Below, piece after piece: positions 45,206-55,327 of a stretch of DNA of 64,000 nt; the first letter of the stretch is position 1, and each line of letters begins with the position of its first letter. The translations under genes and the position numbers were made by a program. The DNA is from Candidatus Dadabacteria bacterium (lineage in GTDB: Bacteria; Desulfobacterota_D; UBA1144; Nemesobacterales; CSP1-2). The notes under the pieces are model-generated. The model ran no database searches, was not told the DNA's origin, and saw nothing but the letters and a program-made list of their open reading frames with translations. The stretch lies in contig CAWDVW010000007.1 in NCBI GenBank assembly GCA_963805855.1, positions 96,001 to 160,000 of the forward strand. The letters are read 5' to 3'.

Positions 45206-47068
45206 ATGGTCAAAATCAAACCCGAGTTGCCTTTGCTTATATACGATGGGGATTGTGAAGTTTGTCGCCACTGGGTGGACTACTGGAAGTCGTTGACCGG
45301 AGATAGAGTAAGATACGCACCGTTTCAAAATGTTGCCTTTGATTTTCCTGAGATTCCTCTCGGGCATTTTAAAAAATTTGTCGTTCTCATAACTCCCGAT
45401 GGCGAGCTGTATAAAGGTGCTGAGGCTGTTTTCAGGGTTCTGACCTGCTGTTCGGGTAAGAGTTGGTATCTATGGCTATACATGAAAATTCCCGGATTTT
45501 CATCTATATCCGAAGCCGCTTATCGTTTATTCGCGTCACATCGGTCCTTTTTCTATAAAGTCACCATGGTTCTTTGGGGCAGGGATCTTGGTCCTCACAC
45601 ATTTAGGATCTCGCGCTGGGTGTTTCTAAGGCTTCTGGGAATAATTTATTTGATCGCTTTTTTTTCTTTTTTTACGCAGATTCTTGGTCTTATAGGCAGT
45701 AATGGGATTCTCCCGGCAGATATTTTTTTAGGCTCATTGAAGATTAGCCTAGGGTGGAAGGCTTATGTGGGGCTACCCACTCTGGCCTGGATAAACTATG
45801 GTGATGGATTTCTTAGATTTATCCCTCTTTGCGGAATGCTGTTGTCGTTGTTTCTCATCGCTGGGCTATTTACTTTCCCCGTATTACTAGGTCTATGGTT
45901 ACTATACCTTTCTCTGGCTAACATAGGCCAGGATTTTATGTCTTTTCAGTGGGATGTCCTGCTTTTAGAAGCGGGTTTTCTTGCGATCTTCTTGGCTCCT
46001 TTGGCTGTGTTTGAGAGGGCTTCAAGCGGATCATCACCCTCAAAAATTGTCCTGTGGCTTTTAAGATTCTTATTATTCCGTCTCATGTTTTCTTCGGGAA
46101 TAGGCAAGATCGTGAGCGGGGATCCTGCCTGGCGCGATTTCACCGCTCTCGCATTTCATTATTACACTCAGCCCCTACCTACGCCAATTGCGTGGTACAT
46201 GAATCAGCTCCCACTCTGGTTCCAAAAACTTTCTGTTGGCTTTATGTATCTTGTAGAAGTAGTGGTTCCTTTTTTTATTTTTGCTCCCAGCCGACTTCGG
46301 TATTTCGCAGGAGTCATGATCATACTTTTACAGGTGCTCATTTTGCTTACAGGAAACTATACATTCTTTAATTTGCTCAGCATCGCACTATGCGTATTGT
46401 TATTTGATGACTCATTTTTGAGAGCTATTTTGCCAAGTAAAACCAAGATTCATACCGTCTCTCAAGAAATTGATATTAAATCTGGCTTCGGATTTTCAAT
46501 GAAACGACTCGTTGCCGTCTTATTTTTCGTCGTTATGTTTGCTCTCGGGTGTATCCAGCTCGGTAAGGCTGTGGTCGGTTATAGGAGTATGCCAAGAGTT
46601 TTCCAAAATGTGATACGTTGGGTTTCACTATACAGGATTGTAAATAGCTATGGACTATTTACAGTAATGACCACTTCACGTCCTGAAATTATTATTGAAG
46701 GAAGCAATGACGGAAGGGATTGGCAAGAGTATAAGTTTAAATATAAGCCGGGTGATCTCAAGAAGCCGCTGCCATGGGTAGCTCCGCTCCAGCCCAGGCT
46801 CGATTGGCAGATGTGGTTCGCTGCATTGAGCAGCTATCAGGCTAATCCATGGTTTACTAATTTTATGTTGCAAATTCTTGAAGGCTCGCGCGAGGTCTTA
46901 GATCTCCTGGATCAGAATCCTTTCCCTGAAAGTCCGCCAAAGTATCTTCGCGCATCGGTTTATGAGTATAATTTTACAGATCCAGAAACCAGGAGGACTA
47001 CCGGGGATATTTGGAGCAGGGAACTTAAGGGGCTCTATCTCCCTATTCTGAGTCTGCAAGTTGATTAA
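45206..47068 (+). CDS. DCC1-like thiol-disulfide oxidoreductase fused to lipase maturation factor (LMF1) domain
   Basis: YDGDCEVC; FQWDVLLLEAG, TQPLPTP, TGNYTFFN, YGLF, PRLDWQMWF. Confidence 0.88.
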   Translation: MVKIKPELPLLIYDGDCEVCRHWVDYWKSLTGDRVRYAPFQNVAFDFPEIPLGHFKKFVVLITPDGELYKGAEAVFRVLTCCSGKSWYLWLYMKIPGFSSISEAAYRLFASHRSFFYKVTMVLWGRDLGPHTFRISRWVFLRLLGIIYLIAFFSFFTQILGLIGSNGILPADIFLGSLKISLGWKAYVGLPTLAWINYGDGFLRFIPLCGMLLSLFLIAGLFTFPVLLGLWLLYLSLANIGQDFMSFQWDVLLLEAGFLAIFLAPLAVFERASSGSSPSKIVLWLLRFLLFRLMFSSGIGKIVSGDPAWRDFTALAFHYYTQPLPTPIAWYMNQLPLWFQKLSVGFMYLVEVVVPFFIFAPSRLRYFAGVMIILLQVLILLTGNYTFFNLLSIALCVLLFDDSFLRAILPSKTKIHTVSQEIDIKSGFGFSMKRLVAVLFFVVMFALGCIQLGKAVVGYRSMPRVFQNVIRWVSLYRIVNSYGLFTVMTTSRPEIIIEGSNDGRDWQEYKFKYKPGDLKKPLPWVAPLQPRLDWQMWFAALSSYQANPWFTNFMLQILEGSREVLDLLDQNPFPESPPKYLRASVYEYNFTDPETRRTTGDIWSRELKGLYLPILSLQVD

Positions 47069-47187
47069 AGATATATTTAGTCTTGAGTGTCTAACTTGAT
47101 AAAAAAATTGACAAAAATATTTTTGTGAAGTGTTTCTATGGTAAAAATGTTATTATGTAATTGGCATTTCTAAAAAAGGAGGGGGTC

Positions 47188-47559
47188 ATGCCACTAAACG
47201 TTACTTCGAGAGAAAAGGAGCCTGGTGTTTTTACCTTGTCTTCGGAAGGTTCGCTTGACACCAACACATACTCAATCTTGGAGAAGCATGTAGATTCAAT
47301 TCTGGAGGGTTCTCCAAAAGTTATTATTTTTGATATGGAGTACTTGAACTATATAAGCAGCATGGGTGTCAGGGTCATACTGAAGGCCAGAAAAGCCCTT
47401 GAAAAGCGTGGCGGGAATGTTGTTCTTTTGAGTCTGAAGCCGCACATTAAGAAGGTGTTTGATATCATAAATGCCTTGCCGTCAGAACAGGTTTTTTCAA
47501 GCGTTGAGGAAATGGACCGGTATCTTGACCGGATGCAAAGAAAAATAACGGAAGATTGA
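47188..47559 (+). CDS. STAS domain anti-sigma factor antagonist
   Basis: GSLD, YISSMGVR phospho-Ser motif; RBS AAGGAGG. Confidence 0.9.
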   Translation: MPLNVTSREKEPGVFTLSSEGSLDTNTYSILEKHVDSILEGSPKVIIFDMEYLNYISSMGVRVILKARKALEKRGGNVVLLSLKPHIKKVFDIINALPSEQVFSSVEEMDRYLDRMQRKITED

Positions 47560-47619
47560 TGTCCTGAAATGCGTCTATCAGATAGTACTGCTAGCTCAAT
47601 CGTCCCACCTGTTTTAGAT

Positions 47620-48045
47620 CTAACTAGGCTTGGCCTTTTTCTTCATGATTAGCAGATTCCTTTCTTCCTTCCTCTTGTACTGTAAAGAATCCATATGATT
47701 CTTCACTAAATGGATTCCAAGTCCCCCGATGGGTCTTTCGTCAAGCGGTTTATGTATATTGGGCGGCTCAACCTCCAGTGGATTAAATGGCTTTCCGTCA
47801 TCCTCCACTTCGATGTAAACCTGATCTTGATGTAAATTCAGGCGCACATGTATTACATGATCATCATTATCGTCGTAGCCATATCTAATAATATTTGTAA
47901 GTATTTCTTCTAGCGAAAGATTTAGCGCAAAGGCTGTATCCGGTGGCAATTTGTTAGATGCACAAAATTCACCGATGATTTGGCTAATTCTGCCAATTTC
48001 GGTCAATTCGTTCTTGAGTTCAACTGATATTTTCTTGCTCATCAT
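47620..48045 (-). CDS. RsbW/SpoIIAB-like anti-sigma factor kinase
   Basis: EEILTNII.YGY, DDGKPFNP, GGLGIHL. Confidence 0.9.
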   Translation of the reverse strand: MMSKKISVELKNELTEIGRISQIIGEFCASNKLPPDTAFALNLSLEEILTNIIRYGYDDNDDHVIHVRLNLHQDQVYIEVEDDGKPFNPLEVEPPNIHKPLDERPIGGLGIHLVKNHMDSLQYKRKEERNLLIMKKKAKPS

Positions 48046-49967
48046 CCTGAAAATTTTATAGCCATTAGGGTTATGTCATCCGCTTGAGGACTGCCGGACG
48101 AGAAATTGATAATCTCAGCAAGAGTACCTCGTATAATATCCTCAGGATTGAAGTCTCTTTGATTTGCTAAAAAGTTTACTAATCTTTCTTCAGAATACAT
48201 TTTACCGGTGCTATCCATTGCTTCTGTAACCCCGTCCGTAAAGAGAAATATTTCATCTCCAGGTTTCAGGGTTACTCTTCCAGTTGAATAGATTGATCTT
48301 TCCGATATTCCCAAGGCCGTTCCTGAGTTATCTTCTAGGACTTTTAATCCTAGATTCTGTGATAATAGGTACGGAGGATTGTGTCCGCCATTGCTGTATA
48401 GAAATTCTCCGGTTCTTGTATTTAGTATTCCAGAGAAAATGGTCACAAACATCGCTGTGTCGTTATCGACACACAGTTCGTTGTTAACCAACGAAAGGGT
48501 TTCTCTGGGAGCCATGCCATATGTGGTTTTTGCTTTTATAAGCGTTTTGGTTACCGCCATGAAAAGAGAGGCCGGTACTCCCTTGCCGGAGACATCACCG
48601 ATGCAGAAAAACAAATGATCATCGTCTACGAAGAAAAAGTCGTAAAAATCACCTCCAACCTCTTTTGCCGGTTCAATTGATGCAAATATTTCAAATTCCT
48701 TTCTAGTGGGAAATGGAGGGAATATCTTTGGCAGGATACTCATTTGTATTTCACGCGCTACACTTAGCTCGCTCTCTATTCTTTCCTTAGCCGCGGTAGC
48801 CTCCGTAAGTTCTTTTATATAATTTTTTAGTGATCGTTCCATGTATATGAATGAATCAGTCAGCTTCCCCACCTCATCTCCTGATTTAGAAGCTGGTATT
48901 TCGGTGTCCAGATTTCCGATGGCGATATCTTTCGTCGCATTCGCAAGGAGCCTGAGAGGTTTTGTAATTGAACGTGATATCACTACGATCATAATCAAAA
49001 CGATAGATAGGCCGGCAACTCCGATGATGAGGACGTTTCTATTGAGTCTGGTTATGTCCGACATCAGTTCATCTTCTGGGAAAAGCACGCCCAGCGACCA
49101 TCCACTCGTGAATAAGGGGGCAAAGAACATCCAGTATTCTTCGTTTGAATTAAAGCCATTGAGTGGTACAAAGCCGGACTGGCCAGAGATCATTCTTCTA
49201 CCAATCTCTCGGAGTTCCTGATCTTTACGTTGCTCCGCCAGGCTGAATATAGTTTCATTCATAATCAAGCTGCTGTTTGGATGTGTTACTATCGTGCCAT
49301 TCTTGGAGATTAGGAATCCGTAGCCTGTCTTGGAGATCTCGATGGATGATATCATCTTTTCCAACCAGTCAAGCGAGATGTCGGCCGTTACGATGCCAAT
49401 GAATTGCTTTTTGCCGTTTGAGTTCTTGTAGAATGGTACTGAATAGGTGGACATTATTATGTTCCCACCGCCCTCATCGTAATACGGCTCGCTCCATTGT
49501 GGTTTATCGAGCTCTTTGGGAATTTGGTACCAGTCCCAGTAAAAATATCTGTATCGTTCACCGCCAAGGTAGGTGAATTCTATCTTTCCGTTGTCTTTGT
49601 AGAAGTAAGGAGCAAAGTAAAGTGAATCCTTATCGAAAGCATATGGCTCGAATGCTATAGTGGATCCAAAGATCTCGGAGTTATTCTCGACTATTGTGCG
49701 TAGGAGATTCAATATTTCACCCTTATTATATTTGGAATACTCCAAAAAATAGGCAAGATTCTCGGGTATTTTCTCAAAGGATTGCAAGATTGTCTCGATT
49801 CTACTCACTGCATTGAAGGTCAGGTTCTTAGCATTCTCCCTCACGTTGTTTAAGATTAGCTTTCGCGAGATTTGATAGCTGTATCCGAAGATGATGAGGA
49901 ATATTATTGCTGTGGTTGAAAGAATGAAAATACTGAGTTTGAATGCGATGCCTTTATTTCTAAGCAT
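48042..49967 (-). CDS. Cache-HAMP-SpoIIE (PP2C) sensory phosphatase
   Basis: TM, WY..P..WSEPYYD, TM, HAMP (DEVGKL), VGGDFYD, DVSGKG, TDGVTEA, DDIT. Confidence 0.92.
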   Translation of the reverse strand: MLRNKGIAFKLSIFILSTTAIIFLIIFGYSYQISRKLILNNVRENAKNLTFNAVSRIETILQSFEKIPENLAYFLEYSKYNKGEILNLLRTIVENNSEIFGSTIAFEPYAFDKDSLYFAPYFYKDNGKIEFTYLGGERYRYFYWDWYQIPKELDKPQWSEPYYDEGGGNIIMSTYSVPFYKNSNGKKQFIGIVTADISLDWLEKMISSIEISKTGYGFLISKNGTIVTHPNSSLIMNETIFSLAEQRKDQELREIGRRMISGQSGFVPLNGFNSNEEYWMFFAPLFTSGWSLGVLFPEDELMSDITRLNRNVLIIGVAGLSIVLIMIVVISRSITKPLRLLANATKDIAIGNLDTEIPASKSGDEVGKLTDSFIYMERSLKNYIKELTEATAAKERIESELSVAREIQMSILPKIFPPFPTRKEFEIFASIEPAKEVGGDFYDFFFVDDDHLFFCIGDVSGKGVPASLFMAVTKTLIKAKTTYGMAPRETLSLVNNELCVDNDTAMFVTIFSGILNTRTGEFLYSNGGHNPPYLLSQNLGLKVLEDNSGTALGISERSIYSTGRVTLKPGDEIFLFTDGVTEAMDSTGKMYSEERLVNFLANQRDFNPEDIIRGTLAEIINFSSGSPQADDITLMAIKFSG

Positions 49968-49968
49968 A

Positions 49969-50946
49969 TCAGTTGCAAATTTCGTAGAATTCTCTAAATT
50001 GGGGGGGGGCTTTCGTTAAGCCAGTTTTTTTAAGTTCATCGGTCACTCTATTATAGTCCTCTTCCTTGAGCACTCCGATTGTTGTTAGATCTCCATCAGC
50101 TATAATGATATCCCTCATTTTGTCTAGCATCCACTTTTGGTGCGCTCGGTTTGCAGGCAGTTTTGAATTTCGCATGTACTTCAGGACAATCTCTATAGCC
50201 TCATCGGGATTTTCAAACGTATATTTCCATCCTTCGATTGAAGCTTTCACGAAAGCACAACTGAGTGAAGGGTCTTTCTCAAAATTTTCCTTTGATGTAT
50301 AGATGCCGTCCTCAGGAAAATTCAAGCCATATTCATAGAAGAAGAAGGTTCTTAGTTCGTCGGTATCAATCCCGTTGTTTAAGATAGTATGATATTCGTT
50401 ATACCACATAGCGGAAGCCACATCTACGCCATCACGGAGAAAGAGATTAATAGATTGAGATTGGGGTATTATTTTTGGCTCCACCTCGTATTTTTTGAAC
50501 AGGGCACGGGGTTGCACCTGAAATTCCGGACCCCAGAGCCCGATCTTTTTCCCATCCATATCCTTCGGACCATTGATCTTACTGGATTTTTTTGTCACGA
50601 GCATCAAGGCAGAACGTTGAACAATCTGTGCTATGTTGACGAGATTGACTCCGTCTGCCTTTTCTCTTATAGCGGTAGAAAGAAACATTGTAGCAAAATC
50701 GGACTTGCCATTCTTCAAGTACTCTGCAGATGGGCTTTCGGGTCCCCCATTCATAATTGTCAGGTCAATACCGTATTTTTTGTAGATTCCCTTTTCATAT
50801 GCGACGTAATAGCCAGCAAATTGAGCCTGATGAGACCACTGCGCGATAAACCTCGCTTTTTTCGAAGGAGAAGCGTACGCTTTTGTATCAACACCATTGA
50901 CTGAACTGCTTAAAAGGACTAAACAAAATATAATAAATGTTTTCAT
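49969..50946 (-). CDS. NMT1/THI5-like periplasmic binding protein
   Basis: signal peptide, QWSHQAQFAGYYVAYEKG. Confidence 0.85.
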   Translation of the reverse strand: MKTFIIFCLVLLSSSVNGVDTKAYASPSKKARFIAQWSHQAQFAGYYVAYEKGIYKKYGIDLTIMNGGPESPSAEYLKNGKSDFATMFLSTAIREKADGVNLVNIAQIVQRSALMLVTKKSSKINGPKDMDGKKIGLWGPEFQVQPRALFKKYEVEPKIIPQSQSINLFLRDGVDVASAMWYNEYHTILNNGIDTDELRTFFFYEYGLNFPEDGIYTSKENFEKDPSLSCAFVKASIEGWKYTFENPDEAIEIVLKYMRNSKLPANRAHQKWMLDKMRDIIIADGDLTTIGVLKEEDYNRVTDELKKTGLTKAPPQFREFYEICN

Positions 50947-51149
50947 TGATTCTTAAGATTGTATTATAATTTAATCAAGCAAGTTATTGTGGGGATTACG
51001 ATTTTCCTGGGATTTTTTCTGTCTTTTCAGCTTTGTTGGTTTCCTCTTCTTAATCTTTGAAGAGAGGTTAAATCATCATAGATGATTTTAAACTATTCTT
51101 TTTGATAAATATACTTGTTGAATGTAGCGATTTTGCTTTTTTGCCTGAG

Positions 51150-51240
51150 GAAAAATAGGGTAGGGCAGGAACCCCGGGCCCGGCCACCATAACCGAAAGG
51201 GCAATTTTAGGAAGGGATGACACAAACCCAGGGTTCGATC
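51150..51240 (-). ncRNA. candidate structured RNA (G:U-rich hairpin)
   Basis: 19-bp stem with six G:U pairs on the minus strand (51235-51170), TATAAT at 51249-51244 just upstream, C-rich loop and tail. Confidence 0.35.
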
Positions 51241-51441
51241 AGTATTATAACTGAACTTTGTGCTTTTGAAATAAACAATTTCCATCAGAGGATTCTGTCT
51301 ATCGGGAAAACAGATTTTATGTTACTTTTGGGAGTAATACTTGGAATAATTATATTTAAAAAAGTTTTTACTTAAATAAAAGCTACCAACATTAAGTGCA
51401 CGGATTTATTTTTTGATTTAATAGATATTTGGGGGAACTAG

Positions 51442-53022
51442 ATGAAGAATAAGAAAGTGTATAGGTCTGAGTTGACACCTTTATCGTTTCTGCGCCGGAG
51501 CGCTTTTGTATATCCCAATAAAATTGCAGTTGTATACGGCAAGACACTCTATACCTATCGAGAATTAGAAGAAAGAGTAAATCGTTTTACTTCCAGTCTG
51601 CTGACTTCAGGACTAAAGAAGCATGAAAGGGTGGCCTTTCTCTCACCTAACACGCCTGCATTATTAGAAGCACATTTCGCAGTCCCATCCGCACGCGGCG
51701 TTATTGTCGGAATAAACACTCGCCTTAGCCCAGATGAGATTGAATACATACTCGATCATTCCGGGGCTCGTTTCCTCTTTGTTGATGAAGAGCTATATGA
51801 GCTTGTTGGAGACATTGATCATGATCGTATAAGAGTGGTACGGGTTGAGAATTCTGGAGAACCAGACGACCCTTATGAACAATTTATACAAGAAGGCTCT
51901 CCAGAGGCCGTTCAGGATATGATCGAGGATGAAGAAGAATCTATATCTATTAACTATACATCGGGAACAACCGGCAGACCCAAGGGAGTTATTTACACTC
52001 ACAGGGGTGCTTATCTAAACTCCCTCGGTTCTGTAATTGAAACGGGCATGAACGCGAACAGCGTATTTTTGTGGACGGTACCGATGTTTCATTGTAATGG
52101 CTGGTGTTTCACCTGGGCCGTTACGGCAGTGGGAGGCAAGCATGTTTGTTTGAGAAGGGTAGACCCAAGCCTTGTTTGGGATCTTATCAATGAGGAAGGT
52201 GTGACCCACATCAACGGAGCTCCTACCATTTTTACTATGTTGGTGAATGATCCCAAGTCTAAGAGGCTGGAAAGGCCTATAACTGCGACCATTGCAGCGG
52301 CTCCTCCCTCTCCGACCCTCTTTAAGCAGCTTAGGTCACTGAACTTTCGGCCTATCCATATGTATGGATTGACGGAAACCTACGGGCCGATTTCTGTTTG
52401 CGCGTGGCAGAAGGGCTGGGACGAACTTAGCATCGAAGAGCAAGCCAGTCTTCAGGCCCGACAGGGTCAGGGATATGTTACAGCCGACCTCTTGCGGATT
52501 GTAGACAGTGAAAATAATGATGTATTGAGAGATGGCGGCACCATTGGGGAGGCAGTTATGCGTGGTAATAATGTAATGAAGGGGTATTTTAATGACCCGG
52601 ATTCGACCGAGGAGGCGTTTCGGGGTGGCTATTTTCATTCTGGTGATCTTGGGGTTTGGCATCAAGACGGCTACATAGAACTTCGAGATCGCAAAAAGGA
52701 CATCATTATCTCCGGCGGGGAAAACATCTCGACGATCGAAGTTGAGCAGACTATACTGAAGCACCCCGCGGTTTTGGAGTGTGCGGTGATTGCGATACCG
52801 GATGAGAAATGGGGAGAACGGCCCAAAGCTTTTGTAAAACTGAAAGAATCTCAATCTGTCTCACAAGAAGAGCTAATAGCGTTCTGTCGCAGCAATCTTG
52901 CCCACTTTAAGTGCCCGGATAAGGTCGAGTTCTGCGACCTTCCTAAGACTTCTACGGGCAAAGTACAGAAATATCTGTTGCGAGAAAAGGAGTGGAAGGA
53001 AAAGGAAAAACGAATTAACTGA
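51442..53022 (+). CDS. acyl-CoA synthetase (AMP-forming, fatty-acid CoA ligase family)
   Basis: YTSGTTGRPKG, YGLTE, SGD, PKTSTGK. Confidence 0.93.
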   Translation: MKNKKVYRSELTPLSFLRRSAFVYPNKIAVVYGKTLYTYRELEERVNRFTSSLLTSGLKKHERVAFLSPNTPALLEAHFAVPSARGVIVGINTRLSPDEIEYILDHSGARFLFVDEELYELVGDIDHDRIRVVRVENSGEPDDPYEQFIQEGSPEAVQDMIEDEEESISINYTSGTTGRPKGVIYTHRGAYLNSLGSVIETGMNANSVFLWTVPMFHCNGWCFTWAVTAVGGKHVCLRRVDPSLVWDLINEEGVTHINGAPTIFTMLVNDPKSKRLERPITATIAAAPPSPTLFKQLRSLNFRPIHMYGLTETYGPISVCAWQKGWDELSIEEQASLQARQGQGYVTADLLRIVDSENNDVLRDGGTIGEAVMRGNNVMKGYFNDPDSTEEAFRGGYFHSGDLGVWHQDGYIELRDRKKDIIISGGENISTIEVEQTILKHPAVLECAVIAIPDEKWGERPKAFVKLKESQSVSQEELIAFCRSNLAHFKCPDKVEFCDLPKTSTGKVQKYLLREKEWKEKEKRIN

Positions 53023-53153
53023 AGTCAGATTTCTGTAGGATAGGTGTCAAGCAATTCGAGCGGAGAAGCCGAGAAAATAACAAATTTTCTTGTAATTTAT
53101 TCATCCGTCATCCTCGAATGTTTATATTAGCGATCCATTCTACACTTTCTTTT

Positions 53154-53307
53154 TTCTTTGTCTTGATACCAAGAAACAATCCTTCGACATTGCTCAGGAC
53201 AAGAGCTTACAAAAAAGGTGTCATCTCGAACGCATGTGAGAGATCTTGTAGTTAGGTTGGCAAACACAAACACAACGGAAAGATTTCTCGCTCCGCTCGA
53301 AATGACA
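53154..53307. repeat. REP-like palindromes plus copy 2 of the ~89-bp inverted-repeat element
   Basis: TTCTTTGTCTTGATAC..CAATCCTTCGACATTGCTCAGGAC (similar to 40663-40735); TGTCATCTCGAAC..GAGAGATCT / AGATTTCTC..TCGAAATGACA at 53219-53307. Confidence 0.75.
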
Positions 53308-53555
53308 ATAGATGGTCTGGAGATTGAGTTTTCATGGAGGCCGTGCTGCGTCGAAGAATTCCTTCGAGATTGACAGTAATGACTGTCACTTTTCTTAACG
53401 CTTTTGGAATTGATTTTGGCAATTTTTTGAATGCCCATTTAAAATCTAAGAAACTGCCACTGAATTAAATGACATATACCGCAATGACATACGAGAGTCA
53501 TCGTTTGAGGTACTGATACCCTACTTGCTCTAGGGCTTATTCATTTAAAAGTTTT

Positions 53556-53765
53556 TTAACTCTCTTCTGTCATTATCTTGGTTTGATTGTTCATAATTAC
53601 TATGTGCAGTTCAGCAGTTCGTCCATCATCAAACCTTACTTCATATGCTTTGCCGACCATCTTCTTAACCCCGGTTACTATTGTACCCTTCAAGCCCGGT
53701 TCAAATTCCTGGTTACCTGATTTAATCTTGAGTTTAACTTCAAATCTTGTGCCTGGTTGATACAT
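53556..53765 (-). CDS. small hypothetical protein (possible SH3/KOW-like beta fold)
   Basis: RBS GAGGGA, 69 aa, GTIV..YEVRFDDG. Confidence 0.6.
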   Translation of the reverse strand: MYQPGTRFEVKLKIKSGNQEFEPGLKGTIVTGVKKMVGKAYEVRFDDGRTAELHIVIMNNQTKIMTEES

Positions 53766-53856
53766 TTTTTTATCCCTCGTTAATCTCTAAATGAACCGTG
53801 ATAACGATACTTTTAAACTTAAGCAATTTCAAAGCTTTGTTTCGGCCTAAATTCGC

Positions 53857-53940
53857 CCCGATCACCCTGAGCAAAGTCGAAGGGTGCGTCCTGAGCCTAG
53901 TCTACGCATGAGACCGGATCACATGCGTGCTAATCGAAGT
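53857..53940. repeat. nested REP-like palindromes
   Basis: CCCGATCACCCTGAGCAAAGTCGAAGGGTG..GATCACATGC matches the reverse complement of 40756-40792 with an internal insertion. Confidence 0.7.
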
Positions 53941-54077
53941 CACTCAACATAGGTTGTAGTTCGCGAGTATCGTATCTTTCGAATCCGGTTTTCACCGATC
54001 GAGATCCTAAGAACTCTGTCTCGAAATTTATTGGGGTAAAATACATCAATTGAAAATTTGAAAATCTGGAGGGTCTG

Positions 54078-54503
54078 ATGATGACAATTCCGGTGTGGGT
54101 ACTTCTCGGTTTTGCGGGTTGGACACTTGTTGTATTGCTAGGCACCGTGGGTGTTTACAGATGGAGTAGGATTCTCACGGGTAGGGCTGCCATATATGAG
54201 TTTCGAGCAGGCGTACCGCATGAAAAGGACTGGTACCGTCGTGCTATGCGCGCGCATGCTAACTGTGTCGAGAATCTGCCGGTGTACGGGGCGATAGTGC
54301 TGGCTTTAGTAGTCTGTAATCTGAATAGCTTCACCCTTGATGTTTTGGCGTTAGCTTTTTTGGCATCACGGGTCGTACAGACGGTAACTCATATTGGTTT
54401 TGAGGAGACCTCTACCGCAGTAAGCTTACGTTTTACCTTTTTCATTATTCAGCTGATTTGCATGATTTGGATGGGCATCTATGTCGCAGTAAATGTACTA
54501 TAG
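54078..54503 (+). CDS. MAPEG family membrane protein
   Basis: RAMRAHANCVENLP, four hydrophobic segments. Confidence 0.88.
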   Translation: MMTIPVWVLLGFAGWTLVVLLGTVGVYRWSRILTGRAAIYEFRAGVPHEKDWYRRAMRAHANCVENLPVYGAIVLALVVCNLNSFTLDVLALAFLASRVVQTVTHIGFEETSTAVSLRFTFFIIQLICMIWMGIYVAVNVL

Positions 54504-54762
54504 AATTCTGATATTAATTTTATATGGAAACATCTTATTGAATTGAATTCTGGAAGAATTTCTTAATCGAAGGTTCCTATGAGTCCTTTGATTTTAGGGA
54601 TTTTTCAAATACAGATAAAATTCTATATGGGTTAGCTCATAACTGTCGTCTGAATCAATTTTCTCCGCAATTATGAGGGGAGGATAAAATTAATCAACAA
54701 AGCACATTTTATTGACCCCAAATTGATTTAATGTGCGGGTCTGAAAAATATTATAACTTAAA

Positions 54763-55197
54763 GTGGGTAATTCAAATTCAAAATCCAGGAATCTTAGGCG
54801 TTGGTCAAAATGGACGTTGTTCGCAGCGTTTCTTATAACGATACCGGTGCCATTTTTCATGATTGTTGTAGGTGGTATGATCCCAACAATTTGCATCATC
54901 TATCTCGCAGTCTACGGGCTAATTGTTGCTTTGCCTAAATTCACTTTAGAGGGGTTCTGGATGCTCGGCATTCTTTGGGCACATGTCATTATCATCGGTG
55001 GAATACTATATATCGTCGCAGCTAGCATCAATTGGCTCCTCTTTCGCCTTTTACCTTCGTGGGCTGCATTATTCGGTGTGTTGGTGGTGATAGTAGTACT
55101 TTTTGTAGCATCTACCTTTGAAATATATCGGTTGCTTGGACACAACAGTGCTCCACCCGCGAACCTACTGCGGGTAATAAAAGATTTCGCCTACTGA
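54763..55197 (+). CDS. hypothetical membrane protein
   Basis: about four TM segments; no family recognised. Confidence 0.6.
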   Translation: MGNSNSKSRNLRRWSKWTLFAAFLITIPVPFFMIVVGGMIPTICIIYLAVYGLIVALPKFTLEGFWMLGILWAHVIIIGGILYIVAASINWLLFRLLPSWAALFGVLVVIVVLFVASTFEIYRLLGHNSAPPANLLRVIKDFAY

Positions 55198-55327
55198 ATA
55201 AATGGCTAGGGTGCTATAATTATTTTTCGGTAATATACTCGCCACAATTTAGTACATACTGATCGAAATGGTCTCCATAAAATTAATAATTCGAATTTAG
55301 GATTGGGCTCCCAATTGTGAGGATGTG

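Noticed and set aside
51140-51250. TPP riboswitch, 6S RNA or SRP RNA
   Set aside because: Lacks the TPP CUGAGA/CCUGAU motifs and the SRP GGAAG-AGCAG loop; far too short for 6S.
19-53022. CobB, Pat and an acyl-CoA ligase with PX4GK as a linked acetylation system
   Set aside because: Functionally plausible and well known, but the genes are tens of kb apart, so no genomic linkage can be claimed.
53127-53438. 103-aa ORF on the minus strand
   Set aside because: Runs through the repeat cluster; translation of palindromic DNA.
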